A stretch of 62,485 bases of DNA, filler included, from Bonamia ostreae (taxonomy: Eukaryota): assembly GCA_040357525.1 (NCBI GenBank). It is 35 parts of 35 records of this genome, joined end to end, with 100 filler letters (N's around TTAATTAATTAA, not from the genome) between each part and the next. Parts side by side here need not be neighbours in the genome. Positions count along the whole stretch, not along the records: positions 1 to 1,702 come from JBDODL010001427.1; positions 1,803 to 3,503 come from JBDODL010001428.1; positions 3,604 to 5,303 come from JBDODL010001429.1; positions 5,404 to 7,102 come from JBDODL010001430.1; positions 7,203 to 8,901 come from JBDODL010001431.1; positions 9,002 to 10,698 come from JBDODL010001432.1; positions 10,799 to 12,494 come from JBDODL010001433.1; 28 more parts are not named here. One strand, 5' to 3'. Position 1 is the first letter of the stretch. Each line of letters opens with the position of its first letter. The notes below the pieces were generated by a model that searched no databases, was not told the DNA's origin, and was given only the letters and a program-made list of their open reading frames with translations. Of this stretch, positions 1 through 12,400 are shown one piece after another. The position numbers and the translations under genes were made by a program.

Positions 1-577
1 ACAGAAAATGGCGAATCGGAAAAACTTGTTAAAAAATTGGATCACAACGAAAAAGCAATGGAGAAAGCCAAATTATTGTCTTTAAAGACGATGGCAACTG
101 TGATGAAAAACGATGACGGAGTGTTTTCGTTGAGAACGGTGAAAAATGGGGGGTTAGTGTTGTTTGGGGTGGACAATTTGGCTGAAAAATATGCTAATGT
201 CAAGTTTAGTATCGATGTTGGCGCTTCTAGCAATCTTTTACCTGTTACTTTTTGTCAATTTTAATCGTTATTTTGTCAATTTACAATTTTCTCATCGTTT
301 ACCAATTTATAATTTTATCGAAATTTTGTCGATAATTTTGATTAAATCATTCTTTTTTATACTAAATTTATTTTCCAGTCATTTTTTCAAATAACTTTTC
401 TTAACTTTGAATTTTAACAAAAAGACATTAGATTCTTGGTCGAAAGAGACAACATGTTCGTTTACAATGGATAAAGAAGATTTGAAGACAACTGCTTTAG
501 TTGGCTCTTTTATTAGAGCAAATAACGAAAAATGCTCTTTTTCTGCAAAAGTTAATTATTCCGCCATTGACAATTAA
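1..577 (+). CDS. 3' part of a spliced hypothetical protein (exons 1-243, 425-577)
   Basis: Open frame from base 1 to CCT|gtt. Intron 244-424 ends in AAAG. Exon 2 continues in frame (TLDSWSKETTCSF...YSAIDN*). Family not recognised. Confidence 0.5.
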
Positions 578-850
578 ATCTTATTCTAACAATTTTTTTT
601 AAGTTTGTAACTATTTTTCTCAATAATGTAACAATAAAAAATTTCTTAATTACTTTTTATTTTTGGCCTTAAAAACTGCTGCTCTGAAAATTTTTTTTAC
701 TAAAATTTTTTTCGTTTTCAAATTTGCCATTTTTGAATTTTATCCATTAAAAGATAAAATTTTGCAATCTTTTTATTCATTTTTATATCAAAATTTTTAT
801 TTGGCCATTTTTCATAAAACGAAAATTGGTAAAAAAAACAATTGAGCGAT

Positions 851-1680
851 TTACTGAACGTGATTAAAATTAAAATTATCTTGATATCGATCCGATTCAG
901 TCCCTTCGAAAATATTTTCCGGCGACAACTTCTTATTGTGAAAGTATTCCAGAACTTGTTGTCTCTAAATGTTTTCAAATATAAACTATTCTTCTGTCGA
1001 TATGGCTGAACAGCACCGTTCTGGTCTTGTCTGGCGTATGGCCTTCCACAATATCACGAAAATTAAAAAATGACGCATTGTCTCTCTTTATAAAAATGAC
1101 GAGTTAAAAATCGCGAAATTTTTATTTTGGCTCAAATGACGATTAAAAACAAAATTTAGCCGTAAAATAAAAACAAATGATTTTTTTCCCGAAGAACTTT
1201 TTAATTTTAATTTGTTTAAAAATTTATATTCTTCAAAATCGCCAGGTCCCATTCCAATAAAAACAAAAGAAATTGGTTTGACGGAAATTTCAACCAACAA
1301 ATTTGCTAAATTGCTTCTATCGACAAATGCTAAATTTTAAAGAAAAATTTTAAAAATGGCTAATTAATTTTATAGAAATAAGACGAAAACATCCATTTGA
1401 AAACATAAGAAAAAGTATGTCATAACAAGCTTTCCCAGCTCTGACTTGTCTATCAGAAACCATTTTAATTGTATTGAGAACTTCTCCGATTATTTTTCGC
1501 CCGCATTGCCCAACTTGTCTTCTTTTCACCGCCGAATTGTAGAACTCAATGGCTTCTTCAGTGCTTTCTACAAAGGGTTTTTGTGGATCAAATGTCAATG
1601 AGAAACATTGACTTTCCATTCCTCCAATGACACCTCCCTTTATATCACATATTTTATCAGCAAATATTGATTGCACATTT
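851..1680 (-). CDS. Copine-family vWA domain protein, C-terminal part, multi-exon
   Basis: YDILFLMFSNG, PISFVFIGMGPGDFEEYKFLN, RDNASFFNFRD and, after the 22-nt intron 965-986, RQQVLEYFHNKKLSP. These match copine vWA C-terminal motifs. Confidence 0.8.
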
Positions 1681-1702
1681 TCGAGAATTAAATGGCGTTA
1701 AT

Positions 1703-1802
1703 NNNNNNNNNNNNNNNNNNNNNNNNNNNNNNNNNNNNNNNNNNNNTTAATTAATTAANNNNNNNNNNNNNNNNNNNNNNNNNNNNNNNNNNNNNNNNNN
1801 NN
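1703..1802. other. Artificial contig spacer N44-TTAATTAATTAA-N44 (first of 34 copies; last at 60713-60812)
   Basis: Identical 100-nt spacer about every 1.8 kb. TTAATTAATTAA gives stops in all six frames. Contig lengths fall steadily (1701, 1700, 1699 ... about 1673). Confidence 0.98.
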
Positions 1803-3827
1803 AAAAATTCAAGGGCGGTACCACAGGTCCGACCACGACACACGATGCGCCGCCGTTCCACTCGTTGGAGTTGGACAGCTACCACGACCATCCTGCACCC
1901 CGGCCTCGTTGTCTCTTCTCTAGAAAGAAAATTACACAGACTTTAAGGTTAACTTTTATACATGTATAAGATTTTCATCAATTGAAAACACATCTACATG
2001 TAATTGCAAATGCAGATGACCACGCACTGTATCATTGGTACTACTATACTTAAACAATGCCCTCGATATTTTATTTTACCATCAAGATCAACTGAATATG
2101 TATATTAATTTTTCATACATGCAGGTATCCTAAAACCATCGGAATAAAGTTTTCTATATCCATCACTACTCTGATTAATCATGAACAAAAAGTAAATATC
2201 ATGGGTACTTGGATTTGTAATAAAAGAGCGTATTTCCGAACAAAAGATAGATTTGGAGTTTAGATGTAATAATGGATGAAGAAAGAAACAGTTCCCCTGA
2301 TTATAACATTCTATGGTTTCCTGAATCCTTGTAACACTTGTACATCTTTTGACAGTTTATAAGTGGGTTACAGGAATATCACAAGCTATAAAAAGTTATT
2401 ACAATCTAAATTTCTTTTTGAATTAAAAATGTTCATGTGTTTTACTTACTTACCCTACATGCAATGTCATGAGAAACATGATGTATCTCAACAGGTATGT
2501 ACATGCACACGTGTATTGCATGATAATGAATCTACAGTATGCTTGTTTGAAAAATACCGTTATTTAAACACTGTTGAATATTTACTGCGCCAAGAAAAAA
2601 AGTTGGGATACGATTTATCAAACAACAATTGATGATAAGAAAAATAATGAATGGATTTTTAATCAGTGTATAGGGTATTTGCTATTTTTATCAAGAATGC
2701 AGCTTAATTATGAGTATCGTTTTGTAAAATAAATAAAGAAAAAACAACAAAATATTACATGTTCGGTATCGTATTGTATATCATTCATGTTTTCATGATA
2801 AATCAAGAAAATAAGGGACGTCATCTTATTACATTATAAAATTTTGACCAATGACGCATATAAGCTTTAACAAGTCATCAAATGTGTTATGCATCAGTAC
2901 ATGTAATGTATGCACTGTGGTAACAGCAATAACACACATGTATGACTTCAAATATATAAGCTCAGTTGTTTGGGATAAATGCAATTAGCAAACCTTCCAA
3001 AAGAGGTAAATATAGATAAATTAAACAAACAACGGACGGTATACGTATCTCGTATCAAAATTAGATTTTTGTGTAATTTACTGTATTGAGGAGTGTGCTG
3101 GAGTTTTCTTTATATTCTCACATTTGATAATCCAGATATCTTGTTGTTCACAATCATTTATGGCGTAATTTAAAATTTCTTAAACACGCATTCTTTTTTC
3201 ATTTGGTTCTGGTTATAAATATCGACCCTTTCACATTGACGGTTCAAGATAGGCTCAACCCTACACTAACGGTTAACGCGTGGTGAGCGAACTGGAAAAG
3301 AGTAAAGCAGAACGTTTCAAGAAATGTACGACTCTATGTCGCTTCTTTTTGGCCGCTATCCCACAACCCTTAATCTGTTCTTCATGGAATTGATTCAAAT
3401 ATGAATTAATTTCAATATAAAAATGATAATAATAATGATGATGCATATATCCAAATCAGCATTGGGATAAAAACATCGTTATAACGAAAAGCGAAGATGA
3501 CGANNNNNNNNNNNNNNNNNNNNNNNNNNNNNNNNNNNNNNNNNNNNTTAATTAATTAANNNNNNNNNNNNNNNNNNNNNNNNNNNNNNNNNNNNNNNNN
3601 NNNTTTTAAAATAGAATGTTTCAGGGACTGTATATATGAGTTTGCCTTACCTTATTTCTCGTCATATCAGATGAATATCAATTTATTTTCTAAATTCTCA
3701 TTTGCATAGAAAGGACTCTGACCTTAATTTACATAAGTAGGTGTTAATTCGTTTCATTACATTTACAATATGGAGTTTATAGAACTGATTGTTTTTTTCC
3801 TTTATACAATTGTAGAAAAAAGAAGAT

Positions 3828-4481
3828 ATGGCTGAGGGAAAAGAAAATGATAAATGGCCATCAAACCAAGAGAAATTCCTTAGCTGGTTCTGGGATGGAC
3901 AGAACGGAAACAATCTGATCAAGAGGCTTAATACTTATTCTGATGACAATAAGCTTATAGATCACATTCGGCGAGAAAATTTTTTGCCTCATATATATTT
4001 CATTGTAATCAATGGAATACCCGATGCATTTGATGAAAAGGAAACCTTTATAAATGCTTATAAAAAAGGGTGGCGGTTTGTTAAAGTTGGACGTACCCAG
4101 AAAGATATTACTAAAGAAACGAATAATAGAATGGAGGTGGTAAAGCTACAAATCGAAAAGAAATTCGGTAAAGCTAATGCAAGTGTATTAGATCGTGTTC
4201 GAATTGGTTCCATTGATAGCACACCATTTCGGAAAACTGAGGACAGAATTCGACAAAAGATTGGCATACACATAAATAACGACTGTGCAAAAAATCTCGG
4301 TCTTCCTTTTCATACAGAGTGGGTTTTTACAACCCAAGATCGTATTACAGAAATGGAAAAAAGAATTGAAGAAGCTAAAGTCAAAAACGAATTTGACACT
4401 ATAGACATTTTCAAAACACCGTTTTTAGAATTGTCTCAACTACCGGAAGGTGTTGAAAAATTGTTGTTGAAAGCCAAATGA
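3828..4481 (+). CDS. T5orf172/MUG113-like (GIY-YIG superfamily) nuclease-domain protein, single coding exon, animal-type contig
   Basis: Ordered motifs HIYFI ... VKVGRT ... NRM ... TEDRIR ... TEWV. Pyrimidine tract plus AG acceptor at 3814-3815 just upstream of the ATG. AATAAA at 4602-4607. Confidence 0.65.
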   Translation: MAEGKENDKWPSNQEKFLSWFWDGQNGNNLIKRLNTYSDDNKLIDHIRRENFLPHIYFIVINGIPDAFDEKETFINAYKKGWRFVKVGRTQKDITKETNNRMEVVKLQIEKKFGKANASVLDRVRIGSIDSTPFRKTEDRIRQKIGIHINNDCAKNLGLPFHTEWVFTTQDRITEMEKRIEEAKVKNEFDTIDIFKTPFLELSQLPEGVEKLLLKAK

Positions 4482-4879
4482 ACACTACAACAGAAAAAAT
4501 GGACTACATGCGCATTGCGCTTTGCACATGCACACCATTGTTGTTCTTGATTCGAAGAACTTGTACAACTTACTTCAATATAATACAATGTCTTCATTTG
4601 AAATAAAGCGCTATTTGTCTTTGCTTTTCACTTACATTAGAAGATTAATCTAAAAATAACAATCCGCTGACCTGACAACGTGTTGTTTTTATTAGTTTGT
4701 TTTTAAATCAGTTATCAAATTCTTTACATCGTAAAGTATCTTTGAGGTGAACTTTTCTAAAAGGAAACACCCCCGGACACGTACATTTTTAATTGTAATC
4801 AGTTTAAAATCGTAGTACTTTTATTTCGTTTTAATGAATTACAGTTAAAAATTCCCGTATTAGTAGTTGGTTTTACATT

Positions 4880-5111
4880 ATTTGAAAATTTAGCACTAAT
4901 TTGGAGACGTCATAATTGCCGGTGACGGGATGCAAATTTTGGACCTATAGTCGGCGCTGACGGTCTTTGAACAAGGACGGGTCTTCCAGGTGCCAGACCT
5001 GTTCTGAGAAGGGGATTCGGGTTTTGCGATCTTATCAAAAGGACCGCCCCATTTTATTGCTTCTTACGAAAATCATAGGGTTCTGAGGAATCATAACCCG
5101 GATCCCCAGGG
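4880..5111. repeat. Diverged copy of a bivalve SINE-like interspersed repeat
   Basis: GC-richer block GGAGACGTCATAATTGCCGGTG...GGACCGCCCCATT...AACCCGGATCCCCAGGG resembles an abundant oyster repeat as I recall it (not database-checked). A probable terminus of the same family (TTTCACTCATATGGAGACG) follows the internal gap at 32668. Confidence 0.5.
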
Positions 5112-5424
5112 AATGAATTTCACTGTAATCATGATTAGTTTCAGATTACTATTTAAAATGTATAACGAATATAAACTTTGGAAATCTTTTCAATCTTCCT
5201 TGAAGGTGAATTCATCTTTTTGCACATAGAATCCCAGCCAATATCCCTCCACCACAAACAGAATGAAATGTTAAAAGTGATGTATATTACTATCGTATTA
5301 AGANNNNNNNNNNNNNNNNNNNNNNNNNNNNNNNNNNNNNNNNNNNNTTAATTAATTAANNNNNNNNNNNNNNNNNNNNNNNNNNNNNNNNNNNNNNNNN
5401 NNNTTAACCATTTCTAGATAACAT

Positions 5425-7102
5425 TTATTGGAAGTTCTTTATTTTTAAATTTTGCAGAACCGATTTAGTCTCCGGAAAATATTTTACAAATTTTTGAAGC
5501 AGTCCAAATGAAAAATTTTTAGATATTTTATTAACAATGACGTCTGTATCAATATCAACTTTCCTGTCAAACCATATTTCAATCGCTGCTTTCGCCTTTA
5601 CAATTTAGAAAGCAACCTGTTCTACTAAAATATTGATCCCTCTGATCGAATATAATGGCTTCAAAATCTGCTTTTCGACAAAAGTCAAATCATTACTGTA
5701 ATTAAAATCTATTATTATCAAATTCTCGTTTTCTTTTAGTGCACTCGGTATTTGTAGTCTGGCGTTGTTTGGTACTGTCACCACCAATATCACTACTTGC
5801 TTCAATGTTTTAAATTGATTAACGAGAAATCGTAAGAAAATTGTTAGAAAAAGTTTCTTATCAAAAATAATGCCAATCAAAAACATTTTTAAAATAAATA
5901 TCTTCCAAAGATGTAACAAAAGAACATTCGAATTCCTTTGAAACCAACAAAGATTTTTCTAATGTCCTATTGAATACAAAAATACTCTTTGCTTCAATTC
6001 CAAATTTTTTGAGCGCGAAGATGGCGGCTCTACTTGTACCTCCGGCTCCGATAACTACTGCTTTGGCGTTATGTTCAAATCTCTCACCGGTTTCTAAAGC
6101 CATTTTTTCCAGATTTGTTAAAAGTCCTTTCCAATCCGTGTTGTTACCGATCAATTTTCTTTAAAATTATTGTCTTTACCCTGTTTCGGCATCTCTGTGA
6201 ACAGAGTTGACAGCTTTAATGGCGGAGGCGTCTTTAGAATTGTTTTCTAGATATCCAAACATTTTTTCTTTAAACGGCATTGTTACGTTTGCGGCGAAAT
6301 AGTTTTTTTCTTGCATTTTCTTTTTATTGTTGACAATCAGACATGACATGTAGCAACAAAGAATATTTATAAATGGAGTTTACGGAGAGAACGGTAACAG
6401 TCGAATATTTAGAATGTTAGAGACTAAAATGATTTTTTAATCAATCTGAAAAAATTATTTCGCAAACTTATGGAGAGATTGGTATCAATCAAACGTGTAC
6501 ATTGGATAAAAACCTTTTTCACATCCGAAAAACTTGTTTTTTCACACACAAAATATGAAAATGGAATCGACAAACAAGAATATACAAAATTATGAATCGA
6601 TGGCGAAAGAGATGAGGAAATGTCGCTTCCGAAAAGAAGTACTTTTTCCTTTTTCTTCATTTCTTTGTTTGGAACACCGTTTCTTAAATTTAATAGTTGC
6701 TTCATTGTAAATTGTCCTTTTGCTGCTCGCCTTTTCTGACCTTCACATGCACATGGACTCATTTCCTTTTGATTTTTTATATATGTAACAACCAAAAATT
6801 TTCTGGGTTAACAATTTGATCAATTTGTAACAATAAACTTTGTTAAAAATTCGCGAAATAGTTCCAAACTGTCCTCTGTCGAGAATAATAAACATTCTGT
6901 CGCCAAATCTCTTTTTTAATTTCATCGTCGTTTTCATAAACGACAAAGCATTTTCAGATGTTTTGTTTGCTACCACTATCTTCGATATATCCGTCTTATT
7001 AAAATCATTGTCACATTCAACAATTTTATTGAACATTAAAAATTTTTAAAATTGGTTTTAGTAGAAACATCGTTTGAAACCATTTCCATTAACAATTTTA
7101 GT
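5425..7102 (-). CDS. Type I 3-dehydroquinase + shikimate dehydrogenase fusion (AROM-type C-terminal half), 5'-partial, multi-exon
   Basis: DISKIVV, GQFGTISRIFN and AAKGQFT (DHQase). LFGSDISSSLSPSIHN, ANVTMPFKE, AIKAVNSV, GNNTDWKG, VIGAGGTSRAA, FNRT and GINILVEQA (SDH). Includes 21-nt introns (e.g. 6159-6179). Confidence 0.9.
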
Positions 7103-7202
7103 NNNNNNNNNNNNNNNNNNNNNNNNNNNNNNNNNNNNNNNNNNNNTTAATTAATTAANNNNNNNNNNNNNNNNNNNNNNNNNNNNNNNNNNNNNNNNNN
7201 NN

Positions 7203-8174
7203 GCAACATTTATCTGATAAAGCTTTTGTTGCTATTCGCGACTTTCTTCACCGAAAGCTATTTCACTAAGCGAAAGAAGACTTAATGAATTGATTGGCCA
7301 TTTTTTAAGTCGTTAACGGATTTTTATTTAAATATAAAATATACACTTAACAACTTTAATATAATTTGTTTATACACAAATCGTTGTTGCAATTTGCAAA
7401 TGAAACAACTGTAAAAATAGTCTTTTTATATTCATTTTGTTTTAAACAAAATTAGTTTTTTTGATATACCGTTTTAATCTAAATTGGTATTTAGACAGAT
7501 AAATAATGTTCTATTTTCCACCAGTTATTTCAAAATGGATTCGTAGTATGAAGGGCTACAACATAATCTTTCTTCGCTCACATGTTTCAAACGATTATTT
7601 GAAAAATTGAAAAAAAAACAAGAAAAAAATAAAAAAATCATTAATTAAATTGAAAAAAAAACAAGAAAAAAATTAGTAAAAAATTGAAAAAACATAAAAA
7701 AATGAAAAAAATGAGTAAAATTTAGAAAAAATCAATAAAAAATTAAAAAAAAATAACAAGAAAAAAATCTGTAAAAATTAAAAAAACTAATTTGATAACA
7801 ATTTGAAAACAACTAAAACGATAAAAATCTAATTCTTGTTTATCAAAATTAGGAAGTAGCTAGAAAGGTACTTATCTTCACAAAACATAATCCAAAATCT
7901 TTTGTTGGGTATTCCGGATTAGCCATTTTTGCTCTTTATTTAAGAAGCAAACACAATTTAAAGAAAAGTGATTCAATGAAAGACAACGAAATGTTCGCGC
8001 ACCCGAAAAATAGGAATTTAAGGGATCAATGGGGTCACCGACTAATTGAAACGAGACCATTTTTTCGACGTTTTTTATTTGTAAACAATAAAAAGCAAAC
8101 CGTAAATTAGAAGCTTGGTACTTTATGGATGAACTAAGAAACAACGATAAATAAATGTGCACATTAATTGTCAA
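7203..8174 (-). CDS. Multi-exon hypothetical protein (model unresolved)
   Basis: Frame continues across a short GT-AG intron (EQKWLIRNTQQKILDY|LLPNFDKQELDFYRFS). A low-complexity intron lies at about 7600-7800. Confidence 0.3.
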
Positions 8175-8400
8175 ATTTTGTTGTAAAATAAAATCGAATT
8201 AATTTTTGAACAAATTGTCACAAACTAAAAACATTCAGTTTTTGCAATTACAAAATCTTCCGATATTCTCCAAAATGACATTTCGGTGCTTTTCGGTAAA
8301 TTTATTACATAACAAAATCAGCTCTTTTAAAATTAGATGATAAGCTTGAAAGCTTAAAAACGGATTAGTGTTTGTTGTATATAATTTTGAAAGTTTAATA

Positions 8401-8848
8401 ATGGGCTGCATTAACTCGAGCTCGAAAAAAACAGAAAAACAATCTGAAATTAAAGCGATGAAACCGGACGCCATTAAAGATGAAAAATCGGGTAAACTTT
8501 AATATAAAACTTTCCATAGATCAAATTGAGCTCGATTTTATATCCGAAACAGAATCGGAAGATGACAAAGCTATGATGGTTAAAGAACAGAATTTTGGAA
8601 TGGAAGGATTTCTGCGCACTTTTATAACACTTCTCGAAAACAAGACGATCGTCGAATGGTTCGTGGTCTCGAAAACGAAAAAAAATTTGCACGTTGATTT
8701 GACTTGGAATTTGTACAATATGAAATTTGAGGGTGACAATATTGGTTCCGAAGACGAGCCTCGTGTTCAAAAAATTGTTCGCCCATTAGAAAAATTGTCC
8801 GTCGGTAAAGTTGTTATGGTCGACGTCAAAGAATCTATTGATTTTAAA
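8401..8848 (+). CDS. Putative N-myristoylated/palmitoylated protein with SMP-1/DUF1935-like beta domain, 3'-partial
   Basis: Starts MGCINSSSKK (MGCxxS dual-acylation motif). The 28-nt intron 8492-8519 joins it in frame to DQIELDF...GFLRTF...EWFVVSKTKKNLHVDLTWN...IVRPLE. Confidence 0.6.
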
Positions 8849-9001
8849 GTTAACGCGATTTGGTTACTTTTAATAATCTGGCCATTTTTGTAAATTTTTT
8901 TNNNNNNNNNNNNNNNNNNNNNNNNNNNNNNNNNNNNNNNNNNNNTTAATTAATTAANNNNNNNNNNNNNNNNNNNNNNNNNNNNNNNNNNNNNNNNNNN
9001 N

Positions 9002-9112
9002 CTGTTTTTGCCAGTTTTTACAGATTTTTGGCAATTTTTGGACTGTTTTTGCCAATTTTTACAGATTTTTGGCAATGTTTGGACTGTTTTTGCCAATTTT
9101 TACAGATTTTTT
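9002..9112. repeat. Intronic minisatellite, about 40-nt unit (CTGTTTTTGCCAATTTTTACAGATTTTTGGCAAT..GGA)
   Basis: About 2.7 tandem copies directly visible. Confidence 0.85.
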
Positions 9113-9127
9113 GTATTAGCAATAAAC

Positions 9128-9787
9128 TTTATCCGGAATGACTAAACTCATATTTTCAGGATCCGGAAATGGATCGTCGAGAATCGAAACATGTCTTATT
9201 CTTATATTCTGCAACGGCCTCTTTTTTTCGTCGACAAAAGCTTCGTTGATTTTCAAAATGGCCTCCATCCCTTCCCCGATTCTTCCGATTATCGTGTAAT
9301 TTTTCAAACTTGACAATTCTTTCCTAAAAATAGCCATTTTTAAATCACTTTGGTCAAAAATTGACTTGTAAATTAGTCGATTTGGTCAAAAACTTTTTTG
9401 AGGTGACCACGAAAAACTGTGACGCTATTTTATTTTTGCCGGCTGAAGCCATGCACACACTTCCAAACTGAAAATTTTCGGGAAAGCTAAATTTTAAAAC
9501 TTTGTGCAATGCCTTTTTCTTGATTTCGTCTTTGATAAAACGAGATTTTGTTCTATCGATCAAATTAAAAATGCAGCGCCCTCCTTCGCCAGATCCAGTG
9601 GGATCGCCACTCTGCACCAGCAAATTTTTGATCACTCGATGGAAAATGTTGTTATTGTAATATTTTGCCTCTGAATTAATTTTTGAACTTTGCAAAGTTT
9701 GATAAAGTTTAATGAAGTCGCAGGCGAATTTCGTGTATACAGATCGATTACGAAATCTCCTACAGACGTTTCGAACAAAACAGCCAT
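9128..9787 (-). CDS. PPIL4: Cyclophilin PPIL4/CYP59-like peptidyl-prolyl isomerase, N-terminal domain, 3'-partial
   Basis: [17 protein letters not shown]...[19 protein letters not shown]...[12 protein letters not shown]...SQFFV...[21 protein letters not shown]. The first intron is 20 nt. Confidence 0.9.
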
Positions 9788-10204
9788 TAAATGACTCTTT
9801 TATTGCTAAAAGCTAATATGATTAATTAGCCAATTTTTGTATATAAAAACGAATTAAAAATTGTATTGGAAAATTTAAACGAAAAGTTTTGATTTTCATA
9901 AAAACAGTTCAAAAAAGTAAAAAAATCTGAAAAATGGCGAAAATCTTTTAAAATTTATAAAAAAAAAGTAAAAAATCTTTTAAATTTTAAAAACACTTCA
10001 AAATTAATTGTCTTGTTAGACGGAAAAATAAATTGCAAAGACAATGCAAAATTTCATAGTTGAGTTTCTGCGAAAACAACAATATTTAATTTTTTTTATC
10101 GATTTGGCTAAATTCCGATAAACGATTTTTGTTGGTTTGGCTAAATTTTGAAAACAGCAATAATTTATATTATATTTAACAAATTAGCCAAAATTCTAAA
10201 ATTA

Positions 10205-10516
10205 ATGTCCATAAAATTAAAGGTAAATAAATTTTATTATAAAAAACAGAAAAAAGCCAAAATAATTTTTGCTTTGGGGGGACCTGGAACCGGCAAAGGA
10301 ACCCATTGCATTAATATCTCAAAGAAATATGGCTTCGTGCATTTAAGCGCTGGAGATCTTTTAAGAAAAGAGATTAAAGAAAATTCTGAAAATTCTAGAA
10401 TGATCAATAGAATAATTTCCGAAGGAAAAATTGTGCCTGTTGAAGTTACGGTCGATTTGCTGTTAAAACAAATTTTAAAACATCAAAAGAATAATAAAAA
10501 TTTATTTCTTATCGAT
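10205..10516 (+). CDS. CMPK1: UMP-CMP kinase / adenylate kinase family, 3'-partial
   Basis: [15 protein letters not shown]-loop, [29 protein letters not shown] then a GT donor. Divergent from PPIL4 across about 420 bp. Confidence 0.88.
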
Positions 10517-10798
10517 GTCCTACAATACAAAATAAAAAATTAAAACAAATATCCAAATATTAACAAGATGTAATAAAATCTATAAAAGTATCAAAAACAG
10601 AAAAAAATCACGAATTAAGACTACATACAACCAATAAAAAAAATATCGACAAAATCATTTGGTATAGTGCACCATAAATCACCTGCTTATAAGATATANN
10701 NNNNNNNNNNNNNNNNNNNNNNNNNNNNNNNNNNNNNNNNNNTTAATTAATTAANNNNNNNNNNNNNNNNNNNNNNNNNNNNNNNNNNNNNNNNNNNN

Positions 10799-12400
10799 CA
10801 GAAAAAAAGAAAGTCAAAGTGTTGTTTTCAAAGAGAAAACTATTTTTCGCTGGCAGATTGCTATTTTTCAATTGTCTATTTCCATAAAAAGTCTTTGAAT
10901 CCCCCATTTTCATCGACTTTACAGTCCCTTTTTAATTCAATATTACAATAAAAATTTACATTGTAAAATCTCTTTATAAATAAAACCTTTTTCTGGAGAA
11001 TCTTCAAAAATATGAAGAGAATCGCTTGAATTTTGTGTACAACAACGCGAATCAAAGTCAACGGAAATGGCATCCGCTCCGGGAATTGTGATAGTTTTCG
11101 TAATGTTAGAATTACTGTTGGAATAAGGATGCGGTGTTTCGAAGATATAAACATTTTTATCTTCTTTCGCCACTTTTTCGAAGAAACTTCGATCCCATTT
11201 TTTGGCTTCTGGGCATTTTTCAAGAATTCTGTTGATATTTTTTGACAGTGTTTCAATGTTCGATAATATTTCGAGTACAAAAAATCTTTTTATAAAATTG
11301 TAAGTTTTACTTCAAAATTGTTACTTAAAAAATCAATTCGCAAACTTGTCATTTATAATAGAATCGGTATTGAGAACGGTAACAATCGCCGGCAACAAAA
11401 AGAAAACAGAATTTTTGGTCAAAAAACTGACAGAATCCAAATCGCATTTCCGAAATTGAATGGCGTCAGAAAATTCTTTCGAATTTAAAGTCATTTCCGA
11501 AATTTTGAAAAAAGATTTTAAGAATTTTTGGAAATAGATTTTGTGCACTTTTTCTAATTCGTTTGTCGAAATTTGATTGTTTTCCGATTTTTGATCTGTC
11601 GAAGCGAATTTTGAAATTATTTTGTTCAAAATGCAAATTATTAATTTAAAGCTTGATTTATGTCTCATTTTTGAATATTCCGGTTTTGACTGATAATTTG
11701 TTGATTTCATTTCAAACTTTTTTGTAAAATTGATTTTTTTTGATTAATCGAAAATTTTGTAAAACGTCGTTATGAAAATAATAATCAAAAATATTGCTCA
11801 AAAGTTGCGAGATCTCATTTTGGTTATCTTCCTGTTCGCCCTTTTCAGTTTGAGAATCCAAAGCAAAAATTATTTTTAAAAGATTGTCTCTTTTTTGAAG
11901 CCATTTCATCGTTTTTTCAGCAAAGTATTTTTGACTGTTTTAATTAAAATTTTAATCTTTCATTAAAAACTAATCAAAAAATTTAGAGCTTTAAAAGAAA
12001 AAAAATCCGGTATATAATAAACCAAAAGTCCGGATTTCCGTTTAAAAGTGTAAAAATATTATTAACGAAATGATATTTTGAAATTAAATTGGGATGGAAG
12101 CAGAAAATGCCGGCGGAATAAGAGTCGCAGAGCGAAATTGAAACTTCTCTGTCAAAATCGCCACAAAACGAAAATTTGTTCAAAATCTGTTCCAATTTTG
12201 CCAATTTTGAGATTTTGAGGTTCAAAACGCTTTTTTCTTTCGTGTTCGAAAATTTGTCCAAATATCGAAAATGTTTAAGCAATAATTTTGAAGCGACTGA
12301 AACGAGATATTGTTTTTGCGATATTTTTGCTTTTTCTAATCGTTTGAGCAGTTTGTAAATGTTTGAAAATGTTTCGTTTTCTAATTCGATCGAGAAAGGA
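10799..12400 (-). CDS. Internal fragment of a large protein with a CUB-like domain of the ZZEF1/HECTD4 type
   Basis: FETPHPYSN...TITIPGADAISVDFDSRCCTQNSSDSLHIF, continued in the next exon by KTFYGN...LP...FENNTLTFFFS. Upstream exons are helical. Confidence 0.6.

Noticed and set aside
5030-5111. HDV-like or twister ribozyme at the end of the SINE-like repeat
   Set aside because: I could not fit the required nested pseudoknot topology by hand.
9468-9500. Non-canonical splice boundary in PPIL4 (spliced product one residue short of the usual HxxxG)
   Set aside because: A canonical 33-nt GT-AG intron plus a one-residue deletion explains it, and there is no independent support for non-GT-AG ends.
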